From contig CAVTBK010000001.1 in the NCBI GenBank assembly GCA_963732935.1, forward strand, positions 497,624 through 561,623: 64,000 nucleotides of DNA, read 5' to 3'. The notes beneath the pieces are model-generated. The model was not told the DNA's origin. It ran no database searches and saw nothing but the letters and a program-made list of their open reading frames with translations. A program made the position numbers and the translations under genes. This DNA comes from an uncultured Acidobacteriota bacterium. GTDB lineage: Bacteria > Acidobacteriota > Vicinamibacteria > Fen-336. Below, piece by piece: positions 59,193 through 64,000 of this stretch (position 1 is its first letter; every line of letters starts with the position of its first letter).

Positions 59193-60233
59193 CTACTGTC
59201 TCTGCCGCGGCGCGGGCACGACGAACGCGACCCGGTCGCTGGTACCCAAGAGCGGCGCGCCCGCCTCGACGCTCGCCGGACGTGCGTGGCCGCCCCGGAC
59301 CGGCGCCGGTCTCGGCACCTGGGCGCCGGGCGGGGAGATCGCGGCCTGCGCCGCGTCGGCGTCCCCGTGGGCCCCCTCCGCGGTCGGGGCCGGGCGCCTC
59401 GCGTAGATGCGCCCGCGATAGCGCAGGTCGAACAGCTGCGCGTCCGGCACGCGCTCGGCGAGCTCCCCGCGCAGGCTCAGGAAGGTGAGCAGGCGCTGGC
59501 GGTAGGGGGGATCGCCGAAGAGGAGCGTCTCTCCGGCCCCCCGCAGCACCACCCGCAGGTCGCCGGAGGGCTGGACGAAGACCTCCGAGACCTCGCTCCC
59601 CAGCTCCGCCAGGTCCGCGAGCAGCTGCGCGGCCCGCCGCGCGCGCTCGCGGCGGGATTCCTCCTCCACCCCCAGCAGCCCGCGCACGATCGGCAGGTCG
59701 AAGCTGCCCGTGCGCGGCCCGTAGATCTCGATCAACCCGCCGTCCGCGTCCATCAGGTAGAGGCGGTCGAGCTCCGCGAGCGCCAGCGGCACGCGCTCGT
59801 GGATCTCGATGCACAGCGTGTCCGGAAGCCGTCGGGTGACGATCGCCTCGGCGACCCAGGGCGAGGCGCGCAGGCGTTCGGTGAGGGCCGCGATGTCGAG
59901 GGTGAGCAGGTTCTCGCCGAGCGCGGGCCCGGTCAGCTCCCGCACCTCGCCCTCGGAGAGGAAGTGGTTGCCGTGCACCTCGACCTGGGCGACGCGCAGG
60001 CGCTCGCTCGCGAAGACGCGCTGCCAGCCCAGCCAGACGGAGATGAGGGCGACCAGCCCGATCGCGGCCGCCTGGAGGGCGAACAGGAGGCGCGCGGTCA
60101 GCCCTCGCCGGCGCGGGCGGGGCCGGCTTCGGGCGCGGCGGCGCAGGAACGGAGACTCCTCGAGCCCCGTGTCCAAGAGGACGTTCGCCAGGTCCTCGGG
60201 CGGCGGGCCGACCGGCAGTCCCCTGCGGGTCAT
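59193..60233 (-). CDS. ftsQ: Cell division protein FtsQ (POTRA)
   Basis: TM LLFALQAAAIGLVALISVWL. POTRA VEVHGNHFLSEGEV. ATGA overlap with murB. Confidence 0.8.
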   Translation of the reverse strand: MTRRGLPVGPPPEDLANVLLDTGLEESPFLRRRARSRPRPRRRGLTARLLFALQAAAIGLVALISVWLGWQRVFASERLRVAQVEVHGNHFLSEGEVRELTGPALGENLLTLDIAALTERLRASPWVAEAIVTRRLPDTLCIEIHERVPLALAELDRLYLMDADGGLIEIYGPRTGSFDLPIVRGLLGVEEESRRERARRAAQLLADLAELGSEVSEVFVQPSGDLRVVLRGAGETLLFGDPPYRQRLLTFLSLRGELAERVPDAQLFDLRYRGRIYARRPAPTAEGAHGDADAAQAAISPPGAQVPRPAPVRGGHARPASVEAGAPLLGTSDRVAFVVPAPRQRQ

Positions 60234-61138
60234 GGCCGCGGCCTCCACACCTTCACCTCCAGCTGGAGGTCGAGGCCCGTCTCGGCGAGCACACGCTCGT
60301 GCACGAGCTCGAGCAGCCCCAGGACGTCCTCCGCCTTGGCGCCCCCCTCGTTCACCACGAAGTTGGCGTGCTTCGGGCTCACGACGGCCGCGCCACGGCG
60401 GGTCCCCTTGAGCCCCAGATCGTCGATCAGCCGGCCCGCCGACTTCTGTTCCGGGTTCTTGAAGACGCAGCCGGCGTTGCGGCCGCCGGGCTGGCTGAGG
60501 GCGCGCTGGCTCGCCAGCTCCCGGGTCTCCTCGCCCAGCAGCTCCGGGTCGTCGGCTCGCAGCTCGAAGCCGATCTCGGCGACCGCCGCGCCCTCGGGGA
60601 TCGACGAGCCGCGGTAGTGGAAGCGCCAGCCCTCGGGCGGGCTCATCGGCTCGCCTCCGCCGTCGAAGACGACGACCTCGCGCATGACGTCGCTGATCGA
60701 GAAGCCGTAGGCCCCGGCGTTCATCACGGCCGCCCCGCCCAGCGAGCCCGGGATGCCGACCGCGCTCTCCAGCCCGCGCCAGCCTGCCCGGCAGCAGGCG
60801 ACCGCGGTGCGGATCAGGTTCGCTCCGGCCTCGGCGCGGGTGTGCCCGTCCTCGCCGATGGCGATCGAACGCAGCCGCTCCGTGTTCACGACCAGCTCGT
60901 CGAGGCCCTCGTCGACGACCACCAGGTTCGAGCCCCCGCCGAGCACGCGGTGCGGCACCTCGAGCTCGGCGCGCAGGCGCAGGGTCCGGCGCAGCTCCTC
61001 GCTGCTGCGCGGGAAGGCCATCACCGCGGCCGGTCCGCCGACGCCCATGGTGGTGTGGCGCGAGAGGGGCTCTTCGCGGCGGTACGGGATCGCCGCTTCG
61101 TCGAGTGCCGCCGCCATTCGCGGGTCCATGTCAGGCAC
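60230..61138 (-). CDS. murB: UDP-N-acetylenolpyruvoylglucosamine reductase
   Basis: FAD-binding GGGSNLVV; C-terminal MurB domain. Confidence 0.9.
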   Translation of the reverse strand: MPDMDPRMAAALDEAAIPYRREEPLSRHTTMGVGGPAAVMAFPRSSEELRRTLRLRAELEVPHRVLGGGSNLVVVDEGLDELVVNTERLRSIAIGEDGHTRAEAGANLIRTAVACCRAGWRGLESAVGIPGSLGGAAVMNAGAYGFSISDVMREVVVFDGGGEPMSPPEGWRFHYRGSSIPEGAAVAEIGFELRADDPELLGEETRELASQRALSQPGGRNAGCVFKNPEQKSAGRLIDDLGLKGTRRGAAVVSPKHANFVVNEGGAKAEDVLGLLELVHERVLAETGLDLQLEVKVWRPRP

Positions 61139-62504
61139 CCCGCCTCCGCAGCAGCTCCTCGCCGGCGGTCCAGACGCTGCCGGCGCCGAGCGTCAGCACG
61201 ACGTCGCCCTCGCGCGTCTCCTCGGCCAGCCTCTCGGCGGCCGCCTTGAGGTCCCCCACCCACGCCACCTGCCGGTGGCCGCGCTCCCCGATCGCCTGGG
61301 CGAGCGCCTCGGCGGTGACGCCGGGGATCGGCTCCTCGGAGGCCGGGTAGATGTCGGTCAGGAGCAGGACGTCCGACTGGAGGAACGCCCGGCAGAACTC
61401 GTCCCAGAGGGCCTGCGTGCGCGTGTAGCGGTGCGGCTGGAAGAGCACCACCGTGCGGCGCGACCCCGCCCGGCGCCGCAGGGTGTCGAGGGTGGCGCGG
61501 ATCTCGGTGGGATGGTGGCCGTAGTCGTCGATCACCAGGATCCCGCCCGCCTCGCCCCGCACCTGGAAGCGCCGGTCGACGCCCGTGAACGACTCCAGGG
61601 CGGCGCGGATCGCGGAGAACTCGATCTCGAGGTCGAGCCCAACCGCGACCGCGGCGAGCGCGTTCGCCACGTTGTGCGCGCCGGGCACGGCGAGGGTGAT
61701 CGGGCCGAGCGAGCGGTCCTCGACCGCCACCGCGAAGCTCGAGCCCTTGGGCCCGAGCGCGACGTCTCGCGCGGAGACACGCGCCTGCGGGCTCAGGCCG
61801 TAGCTGATCACCCGTCGCTCGATGCGCGGCAGCACGTCCTGTACCGGCGGGTCGTCGAGGCAGAGGACGCAGGCGCCGTAGAAGGGGACCTTGTTCAGGA
61901 AGCCGGTGAAGGCGTCCTGGACGTCGGCGAGGTCGCGATAGGTGTCGAGGTGCTCGCGGTCGATGTTGGTGACGACCGCGATCGTGGGCGTGAGCTTCAG
62001 GAAGGAGCGGTCCGACTCGTCCGCCTCGGCGACCATGAAGTCGCCCTTGCCGAGCCGCGCCCCCGATCCCAGCACGCCCAGCCGCCCGCCCACGACCACG
62101 GTCGGGTCGAGCCCGCCGCGGTCGAGCACCAGGGCCACCATCGAGGTGGTCGTGGTCTTGCCATGGCTGCCGGCGATCGCGACCCCGTACTTGAGGCGCA
62201 TCAGCTCGGCGAGCATCTCGGCCCGCGGGATGACCGGGATCCCGCGGCGGCGGGCCTCGACCACTTCGGGGTTGTCGCGGCGCACCGCGGTCGAGGTGAC
62301 CACCACGTGCGCCTCGGCGACGTTCTCGGCCGCGTGACCCTCGGCGACGCGGGCGCCGCGCGCGACCAGCCGCTCGGTGAGCGGCGAGCGCCGGAGGTCC
62401 GAGCCGCTCACCCGGTAGCCGAGGTTCAGCAGCACCTCGGCGATCCCGCTCATGCCGGAGCCGCCGATCCCGACGAAGTGCACGTGCTGGTACTTCCTAA
62501 ACAC
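61131..62504 (-). CDS. murC: UDP-N-acetylmuramate--L-alanine ligase
   Basis: [25 protein letters not shown]. Confidence 0.9.
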   Translation of the reverse strand: MFRKYQHVHFVGIGGSGMSGIAEVLLNLGYRVSGSDLRRSPLTERLVARGARVAEGHAAENVAEAHVVVTSTAVRRDNPEVVEARRRGIPVIPRAEMLAELMRLKYGVAIAGSHGKTTTTSMVALVLDRGGLDPTVVVGGRLGVLGSGARLGKGDFMVAEADESDRSFLKLTPTIAVVTNIDREHLDTYRDLADVQDAFTGFLNKVPFYGACVLCLDDPPVQDVLPRIERRVISYGLSPQARVSARDVALGPKGSSFAVAVEDRSLGPITLAVPGAHNVANALAAVAVGLDLEIEFSAIRAALESFTGVDRRFQVRGEAGGILVIDDYGHHPTEIRATLDTLRRRAGSRRTVVLFQPHRYTRTQALWDEFCRAFLQSDVLLLTDIYPASEEPIPGVTAEALAQAIGERGHRQVAWVGDLKAAAERLAEETREGDVVLTLGAGSVWTAGEELLRRRGA

Positions 62505-63576
62505 GTGTCCCCTCCGTCCCCAGCAGGAGGTCCGCGACGCGAGCCGCCGCGTCGGGGCGACCCAGGCGCCGCGCCGCCCCTTCCATCTCGGTGAGCTCCG
62601 CCGGGTGATCGACGAGCGCTCGCAGGGCCTGCGCCAGCGAGCTGCCGTCGAGGCCCGGCTCCTCCAGCATGCGCGCCGCGCCGGCGGCGGCCAGGGCGCG
62701 CGCGTTGGTCCTCTGGTGGTCGTCGGCGGAGCGGGCGAAGGGCACCAGGATCGCGGCCTTGCCGGCGGCGGTCAGCTCGGCGCAGGTGGTGGCGCCGCTC
62801 CTGGCCAGGACCAGGTCCGCCTCGGCGAAGCGGCGCTCCATGTCGTCGAGGAAGGCGACCACCTCCCCTTCGCGCCCCGCCGCCTGATAGGCGCTCGCGA
62901 CCTCGTCCCGCATCGCCGGGCCCGTCTGGTGCACGATGCGCAGCTCGGCCGGTGGAGGCAGCAGCGGCAGCGCCGCGAGCAGCGCCCGGTTGAGGACCCG
63001 CGAGCCCTGGCTGCCGCCGAAGGCGAGCAGGCTGAGCGGGCGCGCGTGGGTCTTCGGAGCGAGGGTGGCGAAGCCGCCCCGGACCGGGTTTCCGGTGAGG
63101 ACGCCCTTGGCGCCGAAGCGGACGCGCGCCTCGTCGTAGGCGCAGGCCGCGGCGCGCACGAACGGGCGCAGCACGTTGTTGGTGAAGCCGGGCTTCGCGT
63201 TCGGCTCCAGGACGACCGTGCGCACTCCGAGCAGAGCCGCCATCAGCACCACCGGCCCGCCGGCGTAGCCGCCGATCCCGAGCACCGCCCGGGGGCGCAG
63301 CCGCAGGACGAGCAGGGCCGAGCGCAGCAGCCCCCAGGGCAGAGCGGCGAGCCCGAGCAGCAGCCTCGCGACGCCGACGGCGTTGAGCGGCAGGATCGGC
63401 AGCAGCTCCAGGGCGTAGCCGGCCTTCGGCACCAGGCGCGTCTCCAGGCCCTTCCTGGTCCCGGCGAAGACGACCCGGGTCGCGGGGTCGCGCCGGACGA
63501 GCTCGTCGGCGACGGCGATGCCCGGGAAGAGGTGCCCTCCCGTGCCGCCGGCCGCGATCAGGATGGTGGCTGCCAT
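62497..63576 (-). CDS. murG: UDP-GlcNAc:lipid I N-acetylglucosaminyltransferase
   Basis: [19 protein letters not shown]. Confidence 0.9.
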   Translation of the reverse strand: MAATILIAAGGTGGHLFPGIAVADELVRRDPATRVVFAGTRKGLETRLVPKAGYALELLPILPLNAVGVARLLLGLAALPWGLLRSALLVLRLRPRAVLGIGGYAGGPVVLMAALLGVRTVVLEPNAKPGFTNNVLRPFVRAAACAYDEARVRFGAKGVLTGNPVRGGFATLAPKTHARPLSLLAFGGSQGSRVLNRALLAALPLLPPPAELRIVHQTGPAMRDEVASAYQAAGREGEVVAFLDDMERRFAEADLVLARSGATTCAELTAAGKAAILVPFARSADDHQRTNARALAAAGAARMLEEPGLDGSSLAQALRALVDHPAELTEMEGAARRLGRPDAAARVADLLLGTEGTRV

Positions 63577-63582
63577 CGCTTC

Positions 63583-64000
63583 CTAGTCCCCGTGCTGCGA
63601 GATGTTCGCCACCAGGCCGATGCCGACCAGGGCGAAGACGAGCGAAGAGCCGCCCGCGCTGATGAAGGGCAGCGGGATCCCCTTGGTGGGAAGCAGGCCC
63701 AGAGTGACGGAGATGTTGATGAGCGCCTGGAACACGATCGAGAGGGTGACGCCGGTGGCGACGAAGCGCCCGAGCACGTCGGGTGCCGCCCAGGCCGCGT
63801 GCAGCCCGCGCCACAGGATCACGACGAAGGCGAGCACGATCGCGAGCGCGCCGATCATCCCCGCCTCCTCGCCGATCACGGCGAAGATGAAGTCGCTGTA
63901 GGGATAGGGCAGGAAGAAGAGTTTCTGCCGGCCCTCGCCGATGCCGACGCCGCTCACCCCGCCCGTGCCGACCGCGATCAGGCTCTGGATCACCTGATAG
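63583..64000 (-). CDS. ftsW: FtsW/RodA (SEDS) family protein, C-terminal part; continues beyond window end
   Basis: PLPFISAGGSSL SEDS motif. Confidence 0.8.
   Translation of the reverse strand, partial: YQVIQSLIAVGTGGVSGVGIGEGRQKLFFLPYPYSDFIFAVIGEEAGMIGALAIVLAFVVILWRGLHAAWAAPDVLGRFVATGVTLSIVFQALINISVTLGLLPTKGIPLPFISAGGSSLVFALVGIGLVANISQHGD

Overview
High-GC (roughly 70%) chromosomal segment with about 50 genes and no obvious mobile element, CRISPR array or rRNA. Tandem TIGR03436-type VWA proteins and a CarboxypepD_reg TonB-dependent receptor suggest an Acidobacteriota-like organism (inference). Contents in order: a frameshifted NuoL/MrpA-family gene at the left edge; two tandem VWA proteins; a TonB-dependent receptor; a sulfatase-TPR lipoprotein; an ECF sigma/anti-sigma operon with two secreted proteins that share an unrecognised C-terminal domain; LOG-family protein; a 4-TM holin-like protein; two convergent SGNH hydrolases (one fused to HEAT repeats); a nitrogen module (sigma-54 GAF activator, amt, PII-like glnK without Tyr51); MFS transporter; DUF4013-like and YihY/BrkB membrane proteins; AddB-like/AddA-like double-strand-break nucleases plus a third Cas4-like nuclease; dienelactone hydrolase; system II cytochrome c biogenesis (resB-ccsA); FHA membrane protein; DUF971; CDF transporter; a solitary processive GT2 synthase; orphan LarB-like; mutS2-dnaG-rpoD followed by tRNA-Met(CAT); a 730-aa proline-rich repeat protein; COG1579 zinc-ribbon plus RNase H pair; pgeF/acpS; a GH18-like membrane-anchored protein; two paralogous secreted proteins of unknown family; a B12-binding radical SAM protein; and the dcw cluster ftsW-murG-murC-murB-ftsQ-ftsA-ftsZ, in which two Cys4 zinc-ribbon micro-ORFs bracket ftsZ and ftsA lacks a canonical start codon. 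Most promising for novelty: the ECF-operon secreted-protein domain, the secreted paralog pair, the ftsZ-flanking zinc-ribbon ORFs, and a recurrent extended -10 box placed about 10 nt upstream of several start codons (leaderless-type geometry). Many long ORFs in the six-frame track are antisense or off-frame shadows of real genes, typical of high-GC DNA, and were not called.
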